The notes under the pieces are model-generated. The model was not told where the DNA came from. It saw only the letters and a list, made by a program, of their open reading frames with translations, and searched no databases. From a candidate division FCPU426 bacterium (GTDB taxonomy: Bacteria > Oederibacteriota > Muellerivitia > Muellerivitales > Muellerivitaceae): 64,000 nucleotides of DNA. This document shows, in pieces, positions 47,556 to 56,941 of this stretch; the first letter of the stretch is position 1, and each line of letters starts with the position of its first letter. A program made the position numbers and the translations under genes. The stretch lies in assembly GCA_963719085.1 (NCBI GenBank), contig CAVRAL010000001.1:320001-384000 (forward strand), given 5' to 3'.

Positions 47556-48941
47556 TTGGATTACTACCTCGCCACCCATTTAATCGTCCTGGCCGCCATG
47601 CTTTTGGTCTCCATGTTTTTTTCGGCGGTCGAGACAAGCCTTTTGTCCGCCCCCCGGAGCCTGATCCAGGCGCAATCCGAAAAGTCGGGGCTTTTGGGGA
47701 TCGCTTTCCGGGAATGGGCCGAGCATCCCAACCGCATCCTGACCACGGTCTTAATCGGAAACAACTCGATCAACGTTTTAGCCACCATCCTGGCGGCCTA
47801 TACGGCCGTTCACTTGGCGGACCTGAACCAGTGGAGCCAGGTGGTCACGGGAACCGTGACCTCCGTTTTCGTCACCTTCATCGTGATCGTTTTCGGGGAA
47901 ATGATCCCCAAGATCACCGCCCGCAGTTTGGCGGCGCGCGTGGTGGTGTGGCTCATTATTCCCATCTACTTGATTGACCGGGCGATCCGCCCCATCACGG
48001 TCGGCATGGCCCGTATTCTTATTTTCTTCGTTCCGAGCCTGGCCAACACCACGGTCTCCCAAGTGACGGAAGAGGACATCAAGCACTTGATCGAGGTGGG
48101 GCGCCAGGACGGAACCATCCGCGAGGATGAGCAGGACATGATCCACTCGGTCTTCAAATTCAGCGATACCACGGTGAACCAGCTGATGATCCCGCGCACC
48201 GAGATGTTTTGCGTGGACCTGAAAATCGAGCTTAACGCGCTTTTGGACATGGCCATCCAGACCGGTTATTCCCGGGTGCCGGTTTATAAAGGCAACGTGG
48301 ACAATATCATCGGCATCATCCACACCCGGGACCTGCTTTCCATTTGGCGCAACCAGGGGCTGATTGTGATCCAGGATCTTTTGCGAAAACCCTATTTCGT
48401 GCCGGAGACCATGCGGGTGGACCGGCTTTTGCGGGAATTTCGCCGGGGCAAAATCCATATGGCCATCGTGGTGGATGAATACGGTGGCACCTCGGGCCTG
48501 GTGACCCTGGAGGATTTGGTCGAGGAAATCATCGGCGAGATAAGAAATGAGCACGAGCCCGAGGATAAGTCCATGGAGCGGCAGGAAGATGGATCCTATG
48601 TCATTGAGGCGGGCACGTCCTTGGACGAGATTAATGAAAGCCTGGGCACGCATCTCACCCCCCAGGGTGAAGTCACGACCTTAGGCGGTTATTTGACCGA
48701 GCAAAACGGCAAGGTTCCGAAAAAGGGCCGGGTCTTGGACGAATACGAAATCACCTCCACTGTTTTGGAATCCGATGAGAAGAAAGTCATCAAGGTGAAG
48801 CTGGTGAAGAAGGACGTTCCTTATCCGCCCCAGGAAGCGGAACAAAAACCGGCGGCGCCCAAACCGCGTAAAAGGCGGGTTAAACAGCCGGCCCCGGCGC
48901 AAGAACAAGTGGCCGAGTCGGAAGCGCCGAAGGAAAAATAA
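47556..48941 (+). CDS. hemolysin/CNNM family protein (DUF21-CBS-CBS-CorC)
   Basis: FFSAVET, GEMIPK, YSRVPVY, VDEYGGTSGLVTLED. Confidence 0.92.
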   Translation: MDYYLATHLIVLAAMLLVSMFFSAVETSLLSAPRSLIQAQSEKSGLLGIAFREWAEHPNRILTTVLIGNNSINVLATILAAYTAVHLADLNQWSQVVTGTVTSVFVTFIVIVFGEMIPKITARSLAARVVVWLIIPIYLIDRAIRPITVGMARILIFFVPSLANTTVSQVTEEDIKHLIEVGRQDGTIREDEQDMIHSVFKFSDTTVNQLMIPRTEMFCVDLKIELNALLDMAIQTGYSRVPVYKGNVDNIIGIIHTRDLLSIWRNQGLIVIQDLLRKPYFVPETMRVDRLLREFRRGKIHMAIVVDEYGGTSGLVTLEDLVEEIIGEIRNEHEPEDKSMERQEDGSYVIEAGTSLDEINESLGTHLTPQGEVTTLGGYLTEQNGKVPKKGRVLDEYEITSTVLESDEKKVIKVKLVKKDVPYPPQEAEQKPAAPKPRKRRVKQPAPAQEQVAESEAPKEK

Positions 48942-48950
48942 AAAGTTTGA

Positions 48951-49087
48951 ACCACAGAGTACACAGAGTTACACGGAGTAAGGCGGCAGGCTGCATCAAT
49001 TGAAGTTTGAACAAGTTTTTAACCAAGTGATTTATCTGTCATAAAAGGACTTTGTTTTACTCTGTGTAACTCTGCGTACTCTGCGGT
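48951..49087. repeat. palindrome family C
   Basis: ACCACAGAGTACACAGAGTTACACGGAGTAA ... TTACTCTGTGTAACTCTGCGTACTCTGCGGT. Confidence 0.9.
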
Positions 49088-49105
49088 AAATGATCCGAGG
49101 TTTTT

Positions 49106-49204
49106 TTGAACTACTTAGACTGTCACAATCCCTCGCTAACGCGTGGGGCCCGTTTCACGGATAAATGTTTTGCAGTTATCTGCTGTTTTGGAAGGGTTTC
49201 GTGA
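49106..49204 (+). other. 32-codon leader ORF duplicating the PHP gene start; stop overlaps the PHP GTG
   Basis: MNYLDCHN... versus MNLLDCHNH; GAGG RBS; GTGA overlap. Confidence 0.6.
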
Positions 49205-49965
49205 ATTTATTAGACTGTCATAATCATACCGCCGAATGGTCGGATGGGCGCCAATCCATTGAGCAGGTTTTGGAAAAGTCCAAAATCGAGAAGGTGCGGG
49301 TGGGGCTTTCGGACCACGCGGGGCTGGGGGAATATCTCAATTCCAACGACCGCTTGCTGGCTTACGCTGATTTTCTTTCCCAATATCCGGTGGCCCGGGG
49401 ATTGGAAATGGATTTGGGTCGAAGCTTTTTAGTCCAGCCTGAAACCAGGGCCCGGTTTGATTATATGATCGGAAGCGTCCATGGCATGGAAGTGGCGGGG
49501 GTGAGGCTCGGTTTCAGTCCCTTGATTCAATTCATCAAAGGGGAAAAGCCGGACTACAATCCGCTGGAGCAAATCAAGGACCTGGATCTTTTTTTTAAAA
49601 CCCACCTTCAAATTTTGACCCGGGAATACCAAACCCAAAAGTATGACATCCTGGGCCATTGCACCATGTTGCCGCCCCTGGCGCTCGGCAAGCCCGAGGA
49701 TGTTTTCCCCGAATGGTGGGAAGACCAGTTGATCGCGCTTCTTTTAAAACAAGGCGTGGCCATGGAAATTTCCAACCGTTGGAAAACGCCTTACGACCGG
49801 TTGATGCAAAAAGGCGTGGCGGCGGGTTTAAAATTTTCCGTGGGCTCGGACGGCCATGATCCGGCCAAAACCTGCGTGCTGGACTATCCCAAACAAATGA
49901 TGAGCCGTTTCAAACTTCCTGAGGCCCGGGTTTTTGACATTGCCCGTCCCCTCGAGGCGGCTTAA
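49201..49965 (+). CDS. PHP-domain phosphoesterase (histidinol phosphatase-like)
   Basis: DCHNHT, SDH, GLEMD, GSVH, GH, GSDGH. Confidence 0.88.
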   Translation: MNLLDCHNHTAEWSDGRQSIEQVLEKSKIEKVRVGLSDHAGLGEYLNSNDRLLAYADFLSQYPVARGLEMDLGRSFLVQPETRARFDYMIGSVHGMEVAGVRLGFSPLIQFIKGEKPDYNPLEQIKDLDLFFKTHLQILTREYQTQKYDILGHCTMLPPLALGKPEDVFPEWWEDQLIALLLKQGVAMEISNRWKTPYDRLMQKGVAAGLKFSVGSDGHDPAKTCVLDYPKQMMSRFKLPEARVFDIARPLEAA

Positions 49966-50919
49966 ATGAGCGAAATGGACATTGTCCCCCAAGCGGATTT
50001 GACCCCGCCCGAGGACTTTATTTGCGGCGCGGTGGCGATTTTAGGAAAGCCCAATGTGGGCAAGTCGACCTTTATGAATACCGCCATGGGCCACAAGCTG
50101 GCCATCGTGTCGCCCCGGCCCCAAACCACCCGGGGCTCCATGGCGGGCATTTACCAGGAAGAGGGATGTCAGATCGTTTTTTATGACACGCCGGGAATCC
50201 ATCAGCCGAAGAACAAACTTTCCAAATTTATGCTTCATGAAGTTGAGGAAGTTTTGGACGGAGCCGACGCGGCGTTATTTTTAATCGATGTGCGCCTAGG
50301 GATTACGGATGAGGAACGGCTGGTGGCCGAGTGGCTTAAAAGTTTTAAAAAGACCGCCTGGGTGGTTTTGAACAAGGTGGATCAGGTGGCCTTGACCCGG
50401 GTGGGGGCGGTGGCCGACAAGGTCCGCAAGGAACTGGGGGATTGGCCCATCCGGTCAATGGCCGCCCTGACGGGGAAGGGCGTGAAGGACATCATTACGG
50501 AGCTTAAGCGGGTGCTGCCCCGGCAGGCGGCGCTTTTCCCGCCGGAAGAATTGACCAACAAGAACATGCGGGAAATCGCTTCCGAATTGATCCGGGAACA
50601 GTGCTTTTTGCAGTTAAAAGACGAAATTCCTTACGGCGTGGCCGTCGTGGTGGAAAAATATGAAGAGCGGCAACCGCCCGAGCCGATCCTGATCCAAGCG
50701 ACGATTTACGCCGAAAAAGACAGCCAAAAGGGTATTTTAATCGGAGCCGGGGGCAAACAGCTCAAGGCCATTGGGACGGCGGCGCGAAAAGAGATTGAGG
50801 CCCTGACTGACCAAAAAGTTTTCCTGGAATTATGGGTGAAAGTCCTTAAGAATTGGCGCAAGGACGAGTCAGTTTTGAAGCGGCTCGGCTATCAGGCGCC
50901 GAAGAAACCAAAGAGTTAA
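49966..50919 (+). CDS. era: GTPase Era
   Basis: GKPNVGKS, PQTTR, DTPG, NKVD, KH domain. Confidence 0.97.
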   Translation: MSEMDIVPQADLTPPEDFICGAVAILGKPNVGKSTFMNTAMGHKLAIVSPRPQTTRGSMAGIYQEEGCQIVFYDTPGIHQPKNKLSKFMLHEVEEVLDGADAALFLIDVRLGITDEERLVAEWLKSFKKTAWVVLNKVDQVALTRVGAVADKVRKELGDWPIRSMAALTGKGVKDIITELKRVLPRQAALFPPEELTNKNMREIASELIREQCFLQLKDEIPYGVAVVVEKYEERQPPEPILIQATIYAEKDSQKGILIGAGGKQLKAIGTAARKEIEALTDQKVFLELWVKVLKNWRKDESVLKRLGYQAPKKPKS

Positions 50920-50934
50920 TCCAACGGAGGCCTC

Positions 50935-51987
50935 ATGAATCGTGTCCATCCCAAAACCAAGCTGGTTTGCACCATCGGCCCCGCTTGCCGCTCCGACGCC
51001 ATGCTGGAAAAACTTCTGGTGGCCGGCATGAACGTGGCCCGGATCAATTTCGCCCACGGCACCATTGAGAAGAACGGCGAGGACATCCACCGCGTCCGCA
51101 AGGCTTCCCTCAAAACCAAGCGCCCCTGCCAAATTTTGGCCGACCTGCCGGGCCCCAAGATCCGCGTAGGCCAATTGCGGCACGAGCCCGTGAACCTGGT
51201 GCATGGCAAGACCGTTTGGCTCACCACCCGAAAAATTTCCGGCAACGTGGCCCATATCCCCATCGAGTATCCCCAGCTTACCCAAAGCGTGAAGAAGGGG
51301 AGCGTGATCTACCTCAATGACGGCTTCATGCAACTGCTGGTCCTTTCGGTCAAGGGGACCGAGGTGGAATGTAAGGTGCTGGTGGGCGGGGAATTGTTCA
51401 CCCACAAGGGATTGAACCTTCCCTCGGCGAAGCTTTTCGTGGACCCTGTGACACCCCATGACCTGGAGATTTTGGAGTACGGCATGAAGGAGGGGGTGGA
51501 CTTCTTCGGGGTTTCCTTTGTCCAACGGGCAGCCGATCTGCTGAAAGTTCGCGCCTTCGCCAGCAAGCGGGGGAAAATCGTCAAGATCATCGCCAAAATT
51601 GAGCGTTCGGAAGCCATCCGCAACATCGATTCCATCCTCAAGGTCACCGACGGAATCATGGTGGCCCGGGGCGACTTGGGCGTGGAAGTTCCCATTGAGA
51701 CCATGCCCATCCTCCAAAAGCGGCTCATCGCCAAGGCCAACTGGGCCGGGGTGCCGGTCATCACGGCCACCCAGATGCTGGAATCCATGACCCACAACAT
51801 CCGCCCTACCCGGGCGGAAGTCACCGACGTGGCCAACGCCATTTTGGACGGAACCGACGGCGTCATGCTCTCGGGCGAGACCGCCATCGGCGAGGACCCG
51901 GTCAATACGGTGGAAATGATGGGCAAGATCGCCGTTTCGGTGGAAAAAGCTTTCCTGAAGGAAAAATCAGCGGTGCATTGGTTTTAA
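50935..51987 (+). CDS. pyk: pyruvate kinase (short, lacks the C-terminal domain)
   Basis: [47 protein letters not shown]. Confidence 0.92.
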   Translation: MNRVHPKTKLVCTIGPACRSDAMLEKLLVAGMNVARINFAHGTIEKNGEDIHRVRKASLKTKRPCQILADLPGPKIRVGQLRHEPVNLVHGKTVWLTTRKISGNVAHIPIEYPQLTQSVKKGSVIYLNDGFMQLLVLSVKGTEVECKVLVGGELFTHKGLNLPSAKLFVDPVTPHDLEILEYGMKEGVDFFGVSFVQRAADLLKVRAFASKRGKIVKIIAKIERSEAIRNIDSILKVTDGIMVARGDLGVEVPIETMPILQKRLIAKANWAGVPVITATQMLESMTHNIRPTRAEVTDVANAILDGTDGVMLSGETAIGEDPVNTVEMMGKIAVSVEKAFLKEKSAVHWF

Positions 51988-52004
51988 AGTCTTCCGGCAA
52001 AAAA

Positions 52005-52178
52005 ATTAGCAATGATATCCCGGGATTCCATATTGTGGTTAAAGATACCCGGGACAATGTCGCTCTCCCCTAACTTCTAAATGAGGAAGCGACGCGAACG
52101 CAGATGGAAGCCGATAGAAGATTTGTGAACCATTTGAATTTGTTTAATCCGCGTGTATCTGCGTTCATCATTGCTAAT
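52005..52178. repeat. palindrome family B, left arm interrupted
   Basis: ATTAGCAATGAT[insert]GAACGCAGAT ... ATCTGCGTTCATCATTGCTAAT. Confidence 0.92.
52017..52095 (+). mobile_element. two-hairpin CGGGACA mini-element, copy 8 (subtype II)
   Basis: ATCCCGGG...CCCGGGACAATGTCGCT...AGCGACGC. Confidence 0.88.
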
Positions 52179-53328
52179 AGGTCTTTTGATTTTTCTTTTC
52201 CAATAACTTCCGGTAAAAATCCATGTTCAATTGGCTGAGGGTTTCCAGGCTGAAGCGAAGCGCGCTTTTGCGGTTGGATTTCCCGAGCCGCGTCAAATCC
52301 TTCGGCGCGCGCGCGAGGGCCAGCAAGGCTTTGGCCCAATCCGCCGGATTGTCCGACTCCATTAAAATTCCGCCGCGGGAGTGGATCACCTCGGTATTGA
52401 GGATGTCGCCGACCCCGCCCCCGGCGCGGGCGATGACCGGCCTTTCGCAGGCCATGGCTTCCACGATGGCTAATCCGAAAGACTCCGCCGGAGCGCCATG
52501 GACCGCGATGTCCAAGGCGGATAAAAAGCCCGGAATGTCGGACACGTAGCCTTCGTAATCAAACAAACCGTCCAAACCCAATTCTTTTTTGAGGCGAAAA
52601 AGCCCTTCGGCGTAATTTTTCTCATCCGGCGCGGTTTGGCCGGCGACCTTGAACCGAAGCTTAGGATTTTTTTTCACCATCAAGGCCGCGGTTTTTAAAA
52701 GAAGTTCCTGGCCCTTGCCGGGCGTAAGCCGGGCCACCATGCCCACAATAGTATTTTTTTCCATCCTCCAAGCCGCGCGGATTTTCTCGCGTTGGGCCGC
52801 GTGAAATTGGAAGCGCTTCGTGTCCACCGGCGCGTAGCCCACGGCCACCCGTTCCGGGTCCACCGGGCAGGTCTCAATCACATTCTCCCGGATCATGGTC
52901 GAGCATCCTAAAACCCGGTCCACGCGGTCATAGAGGAAGCGGTGCAGGGGGTCTTTTTTTTGGACCCGGGACTCCACATGCTTGGAAAGCAGCAGGGGGC
53001 CTTTCCACTTAAACGCGCGCAAGATGGGCACCAAAAACCAAAGGTCCCGGGAATGATGGACGTGGATGACATCGGGCTTGAATTTCAAAAGGGCGCGGGC
53101 GGTATCCCAAAACCCGCTGGGATTCAGGTAGGACCGAAAACGATAAGGGAAAAGCGGGAAACCCTGGCGGACGGTTTCCTGCCCTAAGGAAGTATCCGGG
53201 TTGGTCCAAAGGACGGCTTGGTGGCCCAAGCGGCGGTATTGTTCGGCGAAAAGCAGGGGCACTTTTTCCCGGCCGCCCCAGCCCTTGGAGGCGATGACTT
53301 GGGCGATCTTTAAAGAGTTCTTTTTCAC
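52174..53328 (-). CDS. family 4 glycosyltransferase
   Basis: GGRE, PDVIHVH, ARLTPGKG, ESFGLAIVEAMAC. Confidence 0.92.
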   Translation of the reverse strand: MKKNSLKIAQVIASKGWGGREKVPLLFAEQYRRLGHQAVLWTNPDTSLGQETVRQGFPLFPYRFRSYLNPSGFWDTARALLKFKPDVIHVHHSRDLWFLVPILRAFKWKGPLLLSKHVESRVQKKDPLHRFLYDRVDRVLGCSTMIRENVIETCPVDPERVAVGYAPVDTKRFQFHAAQREKIRAAWRMEKNTIVGMVARLTPGKGQELLLKTAALMVKKNPKLRFKVAGQTAPDEKNYAEGLFRLKKELGLDGLFDYEGYVSDIPGFLSALDIAVHGAPAESFGLAIVEAMACERPVIARAGGGVGDILNTEVIHSRGGILMESDNPADWAKALLALARAPKDLTRLGKSNRKSALRFSLETLSQLNMDFYRKLLEKKNQKTY

Positions 53329-53482
53329 GGGAGTTCATTCCGGTTGCTGAATGTGGGACAACCGCTTGATTTTAGCAGGAGGACGGCGCGGCCGCTTGGA
53401 ATTCGAGTCCCCGGCGACCTTCGAGGACAAAACTTTTGGATTTATATACCGGAGTTCCTTTTTCCTGATTTTGCCGTGTTTT

Positions 53483-53636
53483 GTCGTTGCGAGGGACGAA
53501 CTTTGTGGCGAAGCGACCCCAGTTCATGGATTGTGTTCACTTTGCGGCGGACGGCCATCTCCAAAGGCATATTAAATACCCACTAACTGAGGTTGCTTCG
53601 TCGCTAACACCCATGAAAGACGCTCCCCGCAATGCC
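53483..53636. repeat. degenerate REP-like palindrome (GTCATTGCGAG...CGAAGCAA type), family D
   Basis: GTCGTTGCGAGG...GCGAAGCGACC / GGTTGCTTCGTC...CCCGCAATGCC. Confidence 0.65.
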
Positions 53637-53746
53637 GTCGAACCCCAGCTCTGCTTTCGCCTCGGGTTAAAACTTTTCAGGAAAAAAGGCCTGTTCATTC
53701 AGCCTCCGCCGGGTAAAATCGGGGCACCTTCTGGAGAAGGAAGCTC

Positions 53747-54601
53747 ATGAATCTTGATTTATCCGTTCGATTCAAAAAAGAATTCTTATTGGGCGACCTG
53801 CTCTACCATTCGAGCCAGGCCATGATGGAACTATTGTCCCTGCCCACCGGCCCGGACTTGAGGGTGGAAATCGACGAGGACGACAAAAAGATCCAGTTGG
53901 ACGGCGAGTTTTTGTGCGGGACCCAGTGTCCGATCCTTTTTATCGGCTTCAAAAACCAAACCCCCAAAATCAAGATGATCATTTATGAGATCGATCCCAA
54001 CCAGGATTTTCTTCCCGAGGAAGAAAAGGGCTTGCGGGCGGGCATCCTGGCCGGCGACGGGGAAGACCAATGGGGCGATCCGCTCCAAATCGCCCTGGCG
54101 GCCAGCGTGGCCATCGCCTTGGCCCGGATTGAGGGATGTAAAATCCGCGACTACAAATCCAGCCTCGGCGCCGGTGATTTTCAAACCGCCGGGGAACTCA
54201 TCCACTCGCTCCGGGTTTTCTCGGAATTTAAGGACATCCAAAAAGCCGCCCAGGTTCTTTTTGAAAAAACGCCGCTGGCCTTGATGATGGGCCCAAGGTT
54301 GAAGTCGATCCAATTGGAAGAAGAGATGGACAAGCTCATGATCGAGATGTTGGGGCTGGTGAAGATCCAAAAACGCATCGATATCGCGGTCTTCACCCGG
54401 TTTTACCGGCTGTTGGATGAGATGATTGAGGCCACGGATAATGACCCCGGCCCCCGCCGAAATTTGATTGGTTTCCTTTGCCTGATCTACGAGTATCTGC
54501 TCGAGGAACTGCGTTACGCCAAGGATCCGGAAGAGTTTCAGGCCGAGATCCAGCGGCTGAAAGAAAAAATTTCCAAGCTTGGTTTTCAAATGCCGGCTTG
54601 A
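53747..54601 (+). CDS. hypothetical protein
   Basis: 284-aa ORF with host-like codon pattern; no motif recognised. Confidence 0.7.
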   Translation: MNLDLSVRFKKEFLLGDLLYHSSQAMMELLSLPTGPDLRVEIDEDDKKIQLDGEFLCGTQCPILFIGFKNQTPKIKMIIYEIDPNQDFLPEEEKGLRAGILAGDGEDQWGDPLQIALAASVAIALARIEGCKIRDYKSSLGAGDFQTAGELIHSLRVFSEFKDIQKAAQVLFEKTPLALMMGPRLKSIQLEEEMDKLMIEMLGLVKIQKRIDIAVFTRFYRLLDEMIEATDNDPGPRRNLIGFLCLIYEYLLEELRYAKDPEEFQAEIQRLKEKISKLGFQMPA

Positions 54602-54607
54602 GGGCGG

Positions 54608-54997
54608 ATGCGAGTGAAATTAAGCGATTTGTTCACGAAAAATATCTACGTGACTTCCCCCCGCGACCCGGAAGCCTTTTTCCACCCCCGCCGTTACGCG
54701 AAATCCAAGGAAGAGGTGGGAAAGGCCGTCTATGAGGTGGTGGCCCGATTGAAGGGTTGGACGGTCCAGGAATACCGGGAAAACCAGGGCCGGGTCCACG
54801 TTTTACGCCAGGGCTTTTTACCCCTGTGGATGGAAGACGTTAATATCTATATCGTCCAGGGTTTGGACGGGACCACCAAGCTGGAAGCCACCTCCCAATC
54901 CAGGGCGGGCCGGGGCGACTGGGGACAGAACCGAAGAAACCTCAAAAAATTTCTCGCTCAAATGGATTCTTGGATGGCGGCTTCCACGCAAGTTTAA
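54608..54997 (+). CDS. DUF1499-like protein
   Basis: SQSRAGRGDWGQNRRN motif. Confidence 0.7.
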   Translation: MRVKLSDLFTKNIYVTSPRDPEAFFHPRRYAKSKEEVGKAVYEVVARLKGWTVQEYRENQGRVHVLRQGFLPLWMEDVNIYIVQGLDGTTKLEATSQSRAGRGDWGQNRRNLKKFLAQMDSWMAASTQV

Positions 54998-55013
54998 GCG
55001 CGCCGGGTCGGTC

Positions 55014-55041
55014 TTGACAGAAGTCTTAAGACACGTATAAT
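55014..55041 (+). promoter_or_regulatory. sigma-70 promoter of the pyr operon
   Basis: TTGACA-16bp-TATAAT. Confidence 0.85.
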
Positions 55042-55049
55042 TCAATCAG

Positions 55050-55080
55050 CCTTTAAACGGGTCCTGTGAGACCCCTAAGG
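55050..55080 (+). promoter_or_regulatory. PyrR-binding loop
   Basis: CCTTTAA-CGGGTCCTGTGAGACCC-TAAGG resembles the UUUAA / ARUCCNGNGAGGYU consensus; lies upstream of pyrR. Confidence 0.85.
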
Positions 55081-55118
55081 AATAAAAGCATGGCGCTCGC
55101 TTGCCCGCGCACAATTGA

Positions 55119-55869
<751 letters not shown>

Positions 55870-55873
<4 letters not shown>

Positions 55874-56802
55874 ATTGGCGCTCCAAAGACCTGCTCACGC
55901 TTGAGGAACTCACTGCCGCCGAGATCCAAATGATTTTGGATACGGCTTCCTCGCTGAAAGAAGTCTCGACCCGTTCGGTAAAAAAAGTGCCGGCCTTGCG
56001 GGGCCGCACCGTGGTGCTTTTCTTCCAAGAGCCTTCCACCCGCACCCGGGTTTCCTTTGAACTGGCCGCCAAGCGCATGAGCGCCGACATCCTGAACGTC
56101 CAAACCGCTTCCTCGTCGCTAGTCAAGGGCGAGACCTTGATTGACACGGTCAAAACGCTGGAAGCCATGACCATCGACGCGATCGTGGTGCGGCATTCCT
56201 GCTCGGGCGTGCCCCAGATGCTGTCGAATGTCTTGAAAGCCTCCGTCATCAACGCGGGAGACGGTTCCCATGAGCACCCGACCCAAGGCTTGCTTGACCT
56301 TTTCACCATCCGCGAGCACAAAGGCAAAATCGAGGGCCTCACCGTCACCATCGTGGGCGACGTGGCCCACAGCCGGGTGGCCCGGTCCAATATCCACGGC
56401 CTTACCAAGCTCGGGGCCAGGGTCCGGGTTTGCGCGCCGCCCACGCTCATTCCGATGGGAATTGAAAAAATGGGAGTCGAAGTTTTTCACGACCTGGACA
56501 AGGCCCTGGACGGGACCGACGTGGTTTATGTGCTGAGGCTGCAGCTCGAGCGGCAAAAGAAAAATCTGTTTCCCACCATCCGCGAATATTCCATGCTTTA
56601 CGGCATGACCAACGAGCGGCTGAAACGGGCCAAAAAAGGCGCCATCGTGATGCATCCCGGGCCCATGAACCGCGGGGTGGAAATATCCTCCGGCGTGGCC
56701 GACGGGCCGGCATCGGTGATCGACGAACAGGTCACCAACGGGGTCGCGGTCCGAATGGCGGTTTTGTACCTGCTCCAAGGCGAAAAAAATGAAACCAATT
56801 AA
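55870..56802 (+). CDS. pyrB: aspartate carbamoyltransferase catalytic subunit
   Basis: [24 protein letters not shown]. Confidence 0.97.
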
Positions 56803-56941
56803 CCGCCAAGACGCCAAGTCCGCCAAGAGAGGCGTTACAGATAAATCGATTTGGGACACCGAAAATATTTCTTCTCTAAAATCTTTAATCCGGACTTGGC
56901 GCGCTTGGCGTCTTGGCGGTGAAAATGGAGCGCGTTTATGA
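56789..56941 (+). other. 50-codon mini-ORF spanning the palindrome; stop overlaps the pyrC ATG
   Basis: hand translation [13 protein letters not shown]...WRAWRLGGENGARL*. Confidence 0.6.
56802..56920. repeat. palindrome family A (empty reference copy)
   Basis: ACCGCCAAGACGCCAAGTCCGCCAAG ... CTTGGCGCGCTTGGCGTCTTGGCGGT. Confidence 0.92.
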
